From assembly GCA_950097015.1 (NCBI GenBank), contig CATNEN010000025.1, positions 8,370,001 through 8,434,000 of the forward strand: a DNA stretch of 64,000 nt. The letters are read 5' to 3'. Of the stretch, positions 1 through 12,457 are shown one piece after another. Origin of the DNA: Macrostomum hystrix (lineage: Eukaryota; Animalia; Platyhelminthes). The translations under genes were made by a program, and so were the position numbers. Each line of letters begins with the position of its first letter. The stretch's first letter is position 1. The notes under the pieces are model-generated. The model was not told the DNA's origin. It saw only the letters and a list, made by a program, of their open reading frames with translations, and searched no databases.

Positions 1-99
1 TATCTCATTAAAGTACATATCTCTCTAAAGGGCAATATAGTAACTTCATCTATTTAATGTCTCTATTAAGTTCTATTTACTTCAAAATTTCGCGCTTAC

Positions 100-3000
100 C
101 AACTGGGGTGAGAGCAGCCATGAGCATAAAAGGGGTCATGAGGTGCAGTCCGACCGCCTCCGAGTCCAACTGAAACACCTTGGCGTAGTAAGCCGGTAGG
201 CCGATGGTGCTAAACTGGAAGGTCCAGTTGCGGCCAATGTTGGCCAGCACAATGGCCCAGACTGGCCGGGAGGTTACAATCGATCTTATCGGCAGGTGGA
301 CTGCCGCTGATGTGCCCGGGCCGCCGCCGGAGGACTGTACGCTGTTGGCCAGGATGTACCGCAGCTCCGCCGCGCCAATGGACCTGGGGAGCGGCGGGGA
401 TTTGGATGGGATTTAAGGTGGAAAAATCGGGATTACTCAATCCTAAAGACTTAAGAGCTTTGGAAGTTTTTAGTTTCTTAGTTCTGTCATTAGGGGATTC
501 TTTAGGTATTTAAGAAGACGGTTTGAATTAAATTGGGATTTTTTTATGTGAATATTAGAAATGGGGATTTCGGAAAGTGCAAATTTTAGAATTCAGGACT
601 TTAAGTTGGGATTAAGAAATTGAGTTTTTCAAATTGGAATTTTTTAAGTTGGGACATAAAAACAGGGATTTCAGAAGATAAGATATTGGGTTTTTTTAAA
701 TAGGGAGCTTAAAAGTTGTGATTTTAGAAGTTGGGACTTTAGACATTGGGATTTGGACGTTTAGATTATAGAAGTTGGGAAGCTTAGAAGTGAGATTTTA
801 GTGACAGAGCTTTTTGACGTTAAGAGTTTGAAAGGTGAAGGTTTTTTAAGCAGTTAATAATAATAGTAGAAGGGCAGCAGGCACTGGCACATCATTTAGT
901 GACACTAGACCCGCAGCCAGCGAGGAGGCAATTCTGCCCATTTCGTTGACTCCTGAGCACACACTCACACAGGTGTGTACATCGACCCTGACTTTCTCAT
1001 CGTCAGGCAGTGTACACTGTCACTGTTCGCTCACCGGTCCCAAGAAGGCTGTCCGGGCACAAGGCTCAGCCACGCGGCGGCCCACAGGCAGCCGGCGACG
1101 CCGTAGACATAGAAATTCGCTGGCCAGCCCAGCCGGTCCGTCATCGCCCCCGACAATGGCAGGCCCACAATGGGCCCCAGGGCCATGCCGAAGAATGAAA
1201 TCGTCACCAGCCTGGATCGCTCCATTGCCGGGGCCCAGTAGCGCCACAGGGCGTGGACGCACGGATACAGGCAACCCTCGGCTGCGCCCTGGCCGGCCCG
1301 GACAAGCGAGGCGATCATGAAGGCCAGGCCCGACGGTTCCAGGCGAGCAGCCACCGGCACCAGCAGGTTCAGCGAGCAGGTGACGAGAACGGCTACGCCG
1401 AGCAGTCGGCCCGGCGCTGACAGACGCGAAGCCAGCAGGCCGCCGGGCACGCTGAACAGGGCGTAGCCGACGAAGAAGGAGGCCTCGACCAGGCCGATAT
1501 CGATGCGACTCCAGGCCACCTGGATGGCGGTGGGGAGAATTTCAGGTCAGGGATTCGGGATTCGATATTTAACCCTTGACTTCTCGGATAAAATATTAAA
1601 AGACATTTGGGATACGGAATTCGCGATTTGCGACTGAAAAGTTAGGATTAGGGTTTAAGGATTGGAGAAAGACCAATTGGGATTTAATCTTTGAAATTAC
1701 AAACTGAGCAGTTGGAATTCTGTTCTTTGGTATTAAAAATCGAAGAGCTAGGATTAGGTCTTTGGGATTAGAGAATGAACAGATGGGATTAGGTCTTTGG
1801 GATTAGAGAATGAACAGATGGGATTAGGTCTTTGGGATTCCAGAATGAACAGATAGGATTCGGTCATTGGGATTTCAGAAAGATTAGTTGGGATTCGGTA
1901 ATTGGGATTACAGAATGAACAGATGGGATTCGGTCTTTGGGATTCCAGAATGAACAGATGGGATTCGGTCATTGGGATTTCAGAAAGATTAGTTGGGATT
2001 CGGTCATTGGGATTACAGAATGAACAGATGGGATTCGGTCATTGGGATTCCAGAATGAACAGATGGGATTCGGTCATTGGGATTTCAGAAAGATTAGTTG
2101 GGATTCGGTCATTGGGATTACAGAATGAACAGATGGGATTCGGTCTTTGGGATTACAGAATGAACAGATGGGACTCGGTCTTTGGGATTACAGAATGAAC
2201 AGATGGGATTCGGTCTTTGGGATTACAAAATCGAAGAGCTAGGATTAGGTCTTTGGGATTAGAGAATGAACAGATGGGATTGGGTCTTTGGGATTCCAGA
2301 ATGAACAGATGGGATTCGGTCATTGGGATTTCAGAAAGATTAGTTGGGATTCGGTCATTGGGATTACAGAATGAACAGATGGGATTCGGTCTTTGGGATT
2401 ACAGAATGAACAGATGGGACTCGGTCTTTGGGATTACAGAATGAACAGATGGGATTCGGTCTTTGGGATTACAGAATGAACAGATGGGACTCGGTCTTTG
2501 GGATTACAGAATGAACAGATGGGACTCGGTCTTTGGGATTACAGAATGAACAGATGGGATTCGGTCTTTGGGATTTTAGAATGAACAGATGGGATTCGGT
2601 CTTTGGGATTACAAAATCGAAGAGCTAGGATTAGGTCTTTGGGATTAGAGAATGAACAGATGGGATTCGGTCTTTGGGATTTTAGAATACTGGATTCGGG
2701 TGATTCAGCTATATATCTGAGAACTGGGATTACATATAGGGGCTTTGAATCAGGAATTGGGATTAGAAATTAAATAGGGATTAGACCACATGGTTTTGGG
2801 ATTAGGTTGTAGGGAAGCGTGAGCACTAAAGAGATTAGTGCTTGAAGATCTCATGCGGATTTTACTGTTGTTTTTGGCATAAACAGAATGGATCATGTAC
2901 TAAAAGGGAACTGTTGAGATTGTTATGATTTGTTTTGTTAGGAATTGAGATATTTAAAGTTAGGTATTTCCGTGTCTCACCTCCTGTACCAGCTCGGTCT

Positions 3001-3208
3001 TGTAGACGGTGTCATTCCTCAACGGATCGAACAGGACAATGAGCTCGCGCTGCTTTCTTGTCATTTGAATGATTGCTATGCCTATCTCCGAGCGCATGGC
3101 TAGGACAATCATGAGACCGAGGCAGCTCAGCCAGGCCACTATGTACCTGCGCCAACCAGGCCTCGCATCATCGGCAGCTTCTGCTCGCTCAGCTGGCGAA
3201 CCCTCCAT
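100..3208 (-). CDS. SLC17-family MFS anion transporter, vesicular glutamate transporter (VGLUT)-like; exons 2981-3208, 1035-1519, 100-383; 3' part lies left of the window
   Basis: Three exons join in frame through canonical GT-AG sites (GAG|GTGAGA..CCAG|GTG, CG|GTGAGC..CCAG|G, G|GTAAGC). The translation has SLC17 motifs RRYIVAWLSCLG..MRSEIG, SFFVGY, QGAAEGCLYPCVHALWRYWAPAMERSRL, FYVYG and WAIVLANIGRNWTF. The ORF-track start at 3223 is GTG; the first ATG is at 3208. Family assignment is recalled homology. Confidence 0.9.
405..840. repeat. Degenerate GGGATT/TTTTAGAAGT low-complexity array in SLC17 intron 2
   Basis: Recurrent gggatt and ttagaagtt motifs at irregular spacing; it resembles the cleaner array at 1745-2690. 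Confidence 0.5.
1745..2690. repeat. 35-bp minisatellite (GGGATTCGGTCTTTGGGATTACAGAATGAACAGAT and variants), SLC17 intron 1
   Basis: Directly visible tandem units; explains the repetitive ORFs 1754-2444. Confidence 0.95.
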
Positions 3209-3960
3209 AGCTCGCGCTTGCACTTTTGTGAAGAATGTTGGCTCGATTGAATTAATGTGAATTGAGACTTGAAATCGTTGAGTTGAGCAGCTGATCTATC
3301 TGTGTGCTCAGTTTTATTTAAATTTATGTTTTTATTTTCGCCTATACGGGAGACAATTTTAACAACAAAGGATCAGGGAGAGAGATCTGCAGTTTATCTT
3401 TCTTCCCATAATGGCACTTCCGCTGCGTTGGTTCAGCTGTGTGTGCGGAGGGAAGGGAGGAATCCTTTTTAAGCGGAGTTTTCCGGACGGGCGATTGGAC
3501 AGGGCATTTGTCCCATTTTCAGACGAACCAATTTTTGTAGAACTAACTAACTAGCAGTTCCCTATAGAGCAGAGGATTGAAGCCTAAGATAGAGAATGCG
3601 CATGAGTTTGTGTGTGTGTGTGGGACATTGCGGGGTGGTTGATTTTCGTCAGTCGAAACTAGACCCGGAAGGCCGCGCCACGATCAACAGCTTTTTTACT
3701 GTGTGAGAGAGAAAGAAAGAAGTGAAAATAAATTTGAAGAGGCCTGAATTCTTTCCTGATCTTTGAGCTCTGCCTTATGCCAAAGCGGTGCTGAAAGCAG
3801 AAGTGACCAGTTGTACTTTATTTCTATGGTTCATGGCTGTTCTGGAACTGGGTCATTATTGATTAGTCAATAGAACTACTGAAAGTCACGGCTTGTTGTG
3901 CAACTAGTGAATGGGCAGAATTGCCTACTTATCATTGCCTACTAATGATACTTGTATCTT

Positions 3961-4201
3961 CTACAAACTTTTTAATTAATTGCACCTTACCCAATCGAGT
4001 GTGAAAGCTGCGTACTGATGTTCAGTCCATGGACTGGGGGGACGCCACACCCACCCTAAACTACACCAGCTTGAAGCTGAGTAGCAATTAAACAGCTGGA
4101 TAAACTGAATCAAAGCAGAGTTAAGTGTCTTGCTAAGAGATATAAAATGTTTCGGTGGAGTCGAGAATCGAACCCTCGACCTTCCCGTCGTGAGTCCGGG
4201 T
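3961..4201 (-). mobile_element. tRNA-derived SINE copy (CORE/V-type central motif), 5' end probably incomplete
   Basis: The minus strand reads GGTCGAGGGTTCGATTCTC (B-box-like), then GCAAGACACTTAACTCTG resembling CORE/V SINE central domains. It is flanked by the direct repeats TTGTATC at 3952-3958 and 4202-4208. Confidence 0.55.
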
Positions 4202-4210
4202 TTGTATCCT

Positions 4211-6525
4211 TTAATGATACCTGTATCTTATGATGATACCTGTATCTTATGATGATACCTGTATGTTATGATGATACCTGTATGTTATGATGATACCTGT
4301 ATCTTATGATGATACCTGTATGTTATGATGATACCTGTATCTTATGATGATACCTGTATGTTATGATGATACCTGTATCTTATGATGATACCTCTATGTT
4401 ATGATGATACCTGTATCTTATGATGATACCTGTATGTTATGATGATACCTGTAACTTATGATGATACCTGTATGTTATGATGATACCTGTATCTTATGAT
4501 GATACCTGTATGTTATGATGATACCTGTATGTTATGATGATACCTGTATCTTATGATGATACCTGTATGTTATGATGATACCTGTATCTTATGATGATAC
4601 CTGTATGTTATGATGATACCTGTATCTTATGATGATACCTGTATGTTATGATGATACCTGTATCTTATGATGATACCTCTATGTTATGATGATACCTGTA
4701 TCTTATGATGATACCTGTATCTTATGATGATACCTGTAACTTATGATGATACCTGTATGTTATGATGATACCTGTATCTTATGATGATACCTGTATGTTA
4801 TGATGATACCTGTATCTTATGATGATACCTGTATGTTATGATGATACCTGTATCTTATGATGATACCTGTATGTTATGATGATACCTGTATCTTATGATG
4901 ATACCTCTATGTTATGATGATACCTGTATCTTATGATGATACCTGTATCTTATGATGATACCTGTAACTTATGATGATACCTGTATGTTATGATGATACC
5001 TGTATCTTATGATGATACCTGTATGTTATGATGATACCTGTATCTTATAATGATACGTGTATCTTATGATGATACCTGTATGTTATGATGATACGTGTAT
5101 CTTATGATGATACCTGTATGTTATGATGATACCTGTATCTTATGATGATACCTGTATGTTATGATGATACCTGTATCTTATGATGATACCTCTATGTTAT
5201 GATGATACCTGTATCTTATGATGATACCTGTATGTTATGATGATACCTGTATCTTATGATGATACCTCTATGTTATGATGATACCTGTATCTTATGATGA
5301 TACCTGTATGTTATGATGATACCTGTATCTTATGATGATACCTCTATGTTATGATGATACCTGTATCTTATGATGATACCTGTATGTTATGATGATACCT
5401 GTAACTTATGATGATACCTGTATGTTATGATGATACCTGTATCTTATGATGATACCTGTATGTTATGATGATACCTGTATGTTATGATGATACCTGTATC
5501 TTATGATGATACCTGTATGTTATGATGATACCTGTATCTTATGATGATACCTGTATGTTATGATGATACCTGTATCTTATGATGATACCTGTATGTTATG
5601 ATGATACCTGTATCTTATGATGATACCTCTATGTTATGATGATACCTGTATCTTATGATGATACCTGTATCTTATGATGATACCTGTAACTTATGATGAT
5701 ACCTGTATGTTATGATGATACCTGTATCTTATGATGATACCTGTATGTTATGATGATACCTGTATCTTATAATGATACGTGTATCTTATGATGATACCTG
5801 TATGTTATGATGATACGTGTATCTTATGATGATACCTGTATGTTATGATGATACCTGTATCTTATGATGATACCTGTATGTTATGATGATACCTGTATGT
5901 TATGATGATACCTGTATCTTATGATGATACCTGTATCTTATGATGATACCTGTATCTTATGATGATACCTGTATGTTATGATGATACCTGTATCTTATGA
6001 TGATACGTGTATCTTATGATGATACCTGTATGTTATGATGATACCTGTATCTTATGATGATACCTGTATGTTAGGATGATACCTGTATGTTATGATGATA
6101 TCTGTATGTTATGATGATACCTGTATGTTATGATGATACCTGTATGTTATGATGATACCTGTATCTTATGATGATACGTGTATCTTATGATGATACCTGT
6201 ATGTTATGATGATACCTGTATCTTATGATGATACCTGTATCTTATGATGATACCTGTATGTTATGATGATACCTGTATCTTATGATGATACCTGTATGTT
6301 ATGATGATACCTGTATGTTATGATGATACCTGTATCTTATGATGATACCTGTATGTTATGATGATACCTGTATGTTATGATGATACCTGTATGTTATGAT
6401 GCTACCTGTATCTTATGATGCTACCTGTATCTTATGATGCTACCTGTATCTTATGATGATACCTGTATCTTATGATGATACCCGTATCTTATGATGATAC
6501 CTGTATCTTATGATGATACCTGTAT
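4211..6525. repeat. 19-bp satellite TGATGATACCTGTAT(C/G)TTA, about 120 copies
   Basis: Directly visible; C and G variants largely alternate, and rare variants recur at a 950-bp offset. Confidence 0.98.
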
Positions 6526-7004
6526 GAACATTGATTAGGATTTGTATATCTCTTAAATCGGAGAAATCTTCAATAGATCACAAGCAGACAGAAAATGCAA
6601 AAATATTAATATTTTCTTCTTTCGAACTACTATAAAAGTGCACGAAACGACAAAAAGTCAAGCAATGCTCCCGTAAAAACACACTATTTGCCCAACCTGT
6701 AGCCACACGATACAGACTGGCAAAAGTATATAATGGGATTACTATCAAAGGGAAAGAACTGTTCGACATTGGAGATTATAACACGAGTTTTTTACTTGTC
6801 CAAAAAATTTTTTATAACTATCGTTTTTCTCAAGAATTATTTATGTTTTCTGAAAAAATAGAAATATGTGTGCAATAATTACATGTTTGAGGATCTTTCC
6901 ACACGTTTTCATTTCGACTATGAGCATGCCACATGGGCTGAAATGTTTCATTTTTTGTAGACTTAAAGTACACAAAAGGCCCAAAATCTTTCGGGCATGA
7001 CAAC

Positions 7005-7181
7005 TGTGATGAGCGCGGACGAGAGCAAAGCTCCAACCAATCTATTTGGCTTCAGCCGATATATAAGTAGCACACGCAGAGCCAGACGCGATTACATAAT
7101 ATGGTAGCATGAGAGAGAGAACGCTAGCATGTACACCTAGACGGGCGTACAAACTTGTGCACAGACGCTATACTCATGACA
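7005..7181 (-). repeat. 3' LTR of the Gypsy element (177 bp)
   Basis: Identical to 12458-12634 except C7146 vs T12599; PPT adjacent at 7182-7191. Confidence 0.97.
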
Positions 7182-7614
7182 TCTCCCTTCTAAAAGCAAC
7201 AAAAATAGTGAATGCAGACATTACATTAAATTAAATTTCGACGAATAGCAAGCTTGCGAGAAATTAAAACGAGAGTTATAGGACAAAGCTTAAAAATTAT
7301 CAAAAAAAATATTGTGACTGGATAATTAGGGAATTAAAAAAAATCTTTTTGCATCACGCAGAAATCAAAAGGAATAAAATCGATAATTATAGTTTTCAAG
7401 CAAAAAAACTCAGAGCATAAGGCAACTCAAAAAATCATTAGCATTTCAAATCAAATCAAAATCAAATCATGAAAAAAAAAGTTTTAGCAAAAGCAACCGC
7501 AAAGAATATTAGCAAATGCTCGCAAAAAGAGACAAAATCTAACATAAGCGCACTGCAAATAAAAGTATTTAAACGGCCAATAAACAGTCACTAAACAGTC
7601 CATCACAATCATAC

Positions 7615-9312
7615 TCAGTCATCAGATCGGTAGCGGGCAGGCAACACGCCCTTTGTGGTCCTGGCCGACCGCCGCGGAAGCTCGCCAGCCTCAGCAGGTG
7701 CTCGATCTGCTGCCGTTGCTTCCGGACTGGTTGTGCCCTCTTGTCTCGCTGCGACGACGTCCTCAGCCTCTGGAGTGGCTTGTTGCGGAACCAGGTGAAG
7801 ATCCCGACGGTTCCGAACGAGCTCACGGCCGTGTTGCGTCTGCACCCGGTAGGAGCGCAGAGCCGGATCAGCTTCCACGACGACTGCTGGCTCCCATTTG
7901 AAATCTTGACGGTAGCGGACAGCATCACCGACATGCAGTTCTGGTAGAGTTCGGCTATGCTGGTCGTAGTAACGCTGTTGAACCGCCTGCAGCGGAGCCT
8001 TGGAGAACTCGGTTGTCCTGTTCTGGACCAATGCTCTGCTGTCTGCTGGCAGCTTCGTCCGAATCAGCCGACCGAACATTAGCTCACTCGGACTAGTTTT
8101 GGTTCCACTGATCGGTGACGCCCGATATTCCATCAGCGCTACCTCCGGCTGGTCCGATTTCCGCAGAATGCTCTTTGCCACTTTGACTGCCTTCTCAGCC
8201 ATTCCATTAGACTGCGCATGACCTGGAGACGATCGCGTGTGTCGGAAACCGAACTCAGCAGCAAACTCTTGAAACTTGAATGAGCTAAACGGGGGTCCAT
8301 TGTCGCTGACCAGCTCCTTGACGATTCCGAACCTGGCAAACATAGACTTTATTCTAGAAATTACCAGAGCAGCTCCTGACTGCTGGCCCAGTTTTGCCAA
8401 CTCAATCCAATTGCTGTAGTAACATGTAACGACCAGCCACTTGTCACCCTTAAAGTCGAGCAAATCGCAGCCAACCTTTGTCCATGGTGAATCTGGAACC
8501 TGATGGCTCATCAGCGGCTCCCTTGGATTGGCAGGCTGAAATGCCTGGCACGTAGTGCAGCGACTCACGAACCGTTTGATATCGGCTGACATTCCAGGCC
8601 AGTACAGAATCTGACGCGCACGCGCTTCGGTTTTGCCCATTCCAGCATGGCCTTCGTGCAGAATCTCCAGGATCTTCTGACGCAGTGAGACAGGCACAAT
8701 GACACGGTTCACCTTCAGCAGTACGCCTTCGTGATAGACCAGTTCTTCCTTGAAGCTCCAGTAAGGACGAATAGATGAACAAACACGGCGGTAATCTGTT
8801 GGCCAACCATCCTGAACGAACTGTGCCACAAGAGACAAATCGCGATCCTTGCTAGTCTCGTCACGAATTTCTTGCATCCGAACGGCAGATATCGGTAGAC
8901 TCCTGCACAGCTGGTGGACCTCCACCTCGATTTCATCATCCAAAGCTGCCTCGGTCTCTGGCAAGTACGCTCTTGACAACGTGTCGGCAATCTGCATCTT
9001 GGATCCTGGTGACCACGAGACCTTCAGATTGTACCTTTTGAGCTGGTACAGCATTCGAGCAATTCTCGGTGGGGCGTGAACCAAATCCCGTTTGAAAATT
9101 ATCTCCAGCGGCTTGTGATCAGTCGTGACTCGAACCACTGGTAGGCCATAGACGTAGTCATGAAACTTTTTGCAAGCAATCACGACAGCCAGCGTCTCCT
9201 TCTCAATCTGGGCATAATTTTTCTGCGTCGAAGTCAAAGCTGCGGAACCATACGCGACAGGCTGTCCATTCTGTAGCAACACACAACCAACTCCAACAGA
9301 TGAACTGTCAAC
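7615..9312 (-). pseudogene. pol: Gypsy pol C-terminal part: RNase H plus integrase
   Basis: RNase H motifs VDSS, YAQIEKETLA and TDHKPL. Integrase HHCC zinc motif (HEGH..CTTC) and D-D35-E core (GCDL, SDNGPPF, NGMAEKAV). Separated from the N-part by the insertion at 9313-10180. Confidence 0.93.
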
Positions 9313-10180
9313 CAAGGACCACTGTAGTATAACAGGACGGGAAACTCAAAGATCGTGTAAATTTTTAGAAGGCCGATTTCCTGGAAAAAATACACTGCGG
9401 AGATAGGAAAAAGTCATTTTTTCATCACATAATCAATTATTGCTTTTGATCTGGAGCAAGTTCAAATCCGTTAATCTTAGTACAGCATGCCCAACATTAA
9501 GCTCCGTTGTTTTTATATAGCTTCGTTTATAAAAGTCTTATTTTCACATATATATATTATATAATAGTGTCTTGAATCTATATAGACTATAGACTAGCAC
9601 ATTTAATGGCTCAAAATATGATAGCTAAATATTCTTAATTTGGCCTAAATTGTTTGAATTAACAAATTAGCTAAATAGTTTGGCAAAACTAACAGCCAAA
9701 AAAGTTAACTAATATAACAGTAGCAACTATATAGCTATAAAGGTACAACAAATTTCAAAATGATTTTAATGCAACCAAGTAAGTTAATTAATTTTTGGCT
9801 GTTAGTTTTGCCAAACTATTTAGCTAATTTGTTAATTCAAACAATTTAGGCCAAATTAAGAATATTTAGCTATCATATTTTGAGCCATTAAATGTGCTAG
9901 TCTATAGTCTATATAGATTCAAGACACTATTATATAGTATATATATGTGAAAATAAGACTTTTATAAACGAAGCTATATAAAAACAACGGAGCTTAATGT
10001 TGGGCATGCTGTACTAAGATTAACGGATTTGAACTTGCTCCAGATCAAAAGCAATAATTGATTATGTGCTGAAAAATGACTTTTTCCTATCTCCGCAGTG
10101 TATTTTTTCCAGGAAATCGGCCTTCTAAAAATTTACACGATCTTTGAGTTTCCCGTCCTGTTATACTACAGTGGTCCTTG
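9313..10180. mobile_element. 868-bp non-autonomous foldback DNA transposon (about 390-bp inverted arms, 89-bp loop), P-superfamily-like termini
   Basis: Arms 9313-9702 and 9792-10180 are reverse complements with 2 substitutions and 1 indel. 8-bp TSD CTGTCAAC at 9305-9312 and 10181-10188. Termini CAAGG..CCTTG; no coding capacity. Confidence 0.93.
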
Positions 10181-11679
10181 CTGTCAACTTGCAACTCGAC
10201 ATCTACTGTAGGATCAAACAGCCTTAATACGGGTGCTTGCGTCAATACTTCTTTCAGCTTCTCAAAAGCTTTTTGCTGCCTTTCCTGCCAGTCGAACAGC
10301 ACATCCTTCTTTAAAAGCGAGCGAAGTGGATCCGTTAGGTCTGACGCTTTCGGAATGAATTTGCCGAGGTAGGTGGCCATGCCCAGCAGCCGCATCACCG
10401 CCTGCTTGTCCTCGGGCACTGGAAGCTCCTGGATTGCTGTCACCTTAACAGGGTCTGGCATCACTCCATCAGAAGAGATCACATGACCGACATAGTTGAC
10501 AGACGAGACGCCAACCCTCAACTTCCTGCGATTAAGCTTCAAATTCACTCTTCGAGCCTCGTTGAGGACCTTCAATAGCTTCTGGTCGTGCTCCTCGCGC
10601 GTCTTTCCCCAGACCAGCATGTCGTCAACAATGACCTCAGCCCAGCTGCTGAAGATCTTGCTAAGCTCACGTTGATAAACTTCGGGAGCATCGATTGTTC
10701 CAGGGGGCAGTCGCACAAACTTGTACCTGCCCCATGGGGTGTTGAAAGTACACAGTTCCGAGCATTTTTCATGGAGTCTGATTTGCCAAAAGCCAGTCTT
10801 TGCATCTAGAACTGTGAAAAACTTGGCTCCTGGGATTCGCGCTATAACTTGCTCCACCGTCGTCATTGGGTAGTGAGCGCGCTTAATGGCCTTATTAAGA
10901 TGCGTTGGATCTATGCAGAGCCGCAGACTACCATCGGGCTTGTGAACCGTGACCAGAGAATTAACCCAGTCAGTAGGCTCAGCAACTTTCACTATGACTC
11001 CAAGCGATTCCATACGCTGCAACTCCTCTTGAACCTTCTCTTGCAAGGCAAACGGGATCTTTCGAGGCGCGTTGACTACCGGCATGACACGATCATCCAG
11101 GGTGAAAGAGTGTACGTACGGCAGGCAGCCTAACTTTTCATCGAATAGGTCAGCGAACTCCTTAAGTACAAAGTTCTCATCGATACATGGTTGCCGACAG
11201 ACAACCTCAACACGTCGGACAAGGTCCAATGCACTCAGCGCTGGAAGGCCCAGGATGCCTTGCTTCACATCTGACACCATGAACTCCAGCTCAGATGACT
11301 TGCCCTGCACCTTTACCATCAGCCTGCACTTCCCAAGAACCGGAATGCGCGCTCCGCCAAAGGCAGTTAGAACTGTTCGAGTGGTGCACAGCTGCTCCCC
11401 AGCCGGAAGCAGGTGAGCAGGCAACACGTTCACCTCTGCTCCAGTGTCCATCTTACATTTCAGCCTCTCACCATTTGGCAGCTGGACTTCGGCTAACCAA
11501 GCTGATTCACCATCAGACTGCAGTGTTCCGATGAAGCAAACCTCATCCCCGTCCGGACGGGGCTCAGCAGCTTCCGCGACACCCACAGTCATGACTTTCT
11601 GGCTTTTACTCTGGCACTGACTACGGAAGTGATTCATGCGGCCACAACTCAAGCATCGCTTACCGAAAGCAGGACACAA
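10181..11679 (-). pseudogene. pol: Gypsy gag zinc-knuckle end plus protease and reverse transcriptase
   Basis: CLSCGRMNHFRSQC knuckle, protease KMDTGAEVN, RT motifs LRLCIDPTHLN, LDAKTGFWQI and IVDDMLVWG. RLPPG replaces the usual RLPFG. Confidence 0.93.
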
Positions 11680-12425
11680 TTGCCTTCACGATGACCGTAT
11701 CCGCAGTGGTTGCAGCGTGCAAACTGCTGAGTCGGAGCTGTGCGAGCGGCGTTCGCTCCAAACTGACTTCGAGTGTCTGCTTGTGCGCTGGGTGCTGAGT
11801 TGCCATGGCTACCGCTTGAATGCTGTCGTGTGGTCACTTGACTTAACGAAGATGACGCTCTTACGGAGTTCAGGCCTTTCTCGACTTCCTTCATCTGATG
11901 CTTGGCGGATTCAGCAGCTCGGCACATGTCGATCGCCGTTCTCAGATCGAGCTCCGGCTCTCGGAGTAGCCGCTCTCGCATTCGAGAGTCATTGCAGCCC
12001 AAGACGATCTTGTCCCGGATCATTTTTTCTTTTTGAGTGTCGAAGTTGCACGTTGTGGCAAGGCGCTTCAAATCGGTCACAAATAGGTCCACAGGCTCCG
12101 CTTCTTTCTGGTCTCGCTCCCAGAACTTGAATCGTTCGAACACTTCGCTAGTGCGCGGGCTAAAATGCTCATCGAAAAGTCCCAAAACATCTTCTAGAGT
12201 TCGGCGTTTATCAGCGGTGCTTTTTTCCTCCTCTGCACCGTCTTCAAATTCTAGCGTGTTGTAGATGTCCAGCCCGGTGTCACCGATGAGGTGCAGGAAC
12301 AAATTGATTCGGCGCTCTTCTTCAACAATGCCTGTGGCCCTGAGGTAGATCATGAATTTCTGACGCCATCGTTTCCAAGTCTCGTTGGAGTCGGTCTCCA
12401 ACTATCCGGGCGGTTTCAGGTCCAT
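11649..12425 (-). pseudogene. gag: Gypsy gag with a premature TAG at codon 8 and a 2-bp frameshift in the zinc knuckle
   Basis: ATG at 12425 reads MDLKPPG*LETDSNETWKRW (TAG at 12402-12404). Removing a GT duplication near 11664-11667 restores CNHCGYGHREGNCPAFGKRCLSCG as a single gag-pol frame. Confidence 0.88.
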
Positions 12426-12457
12426 GCACTATTAAATTACTGTAGCTTGCGATGCCA

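Noticed and set aside
204-1320. Plus-strand ORFs 204-416, 310-513, 946-1320 and 1010-1198
   Set aside because: Antisense shadows of GC-rich SLC17 exons.
926-3926. 17-bp inverted match (926-942 vs 3910-3926) around the SLC17 5' exons
   Set aside because: It does not extend, has no TSD, and one 17-mer match is not unexpected in a window this size.
4140-4201. tRNA gene
   Set aside because: Only a B-box-like motif is present and no cloverleaf can be folded; it continues into SINE body sequence.
10087-10180. Apparent novel C-terminus of pol (KDHCSITGRETQRSCKFLEGRFPGKNTLRR)
   Set aside because: Read-through into the terminal arm of the inserted foldback element.
11660-11679. Programmed gag-pol ribosomal frameshift
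   Set aside because: The shift falls inside the double zinc knuckle at a GT duplication with no slippery heptamer, and this type of element normally has one ORF, so it is a mutation.
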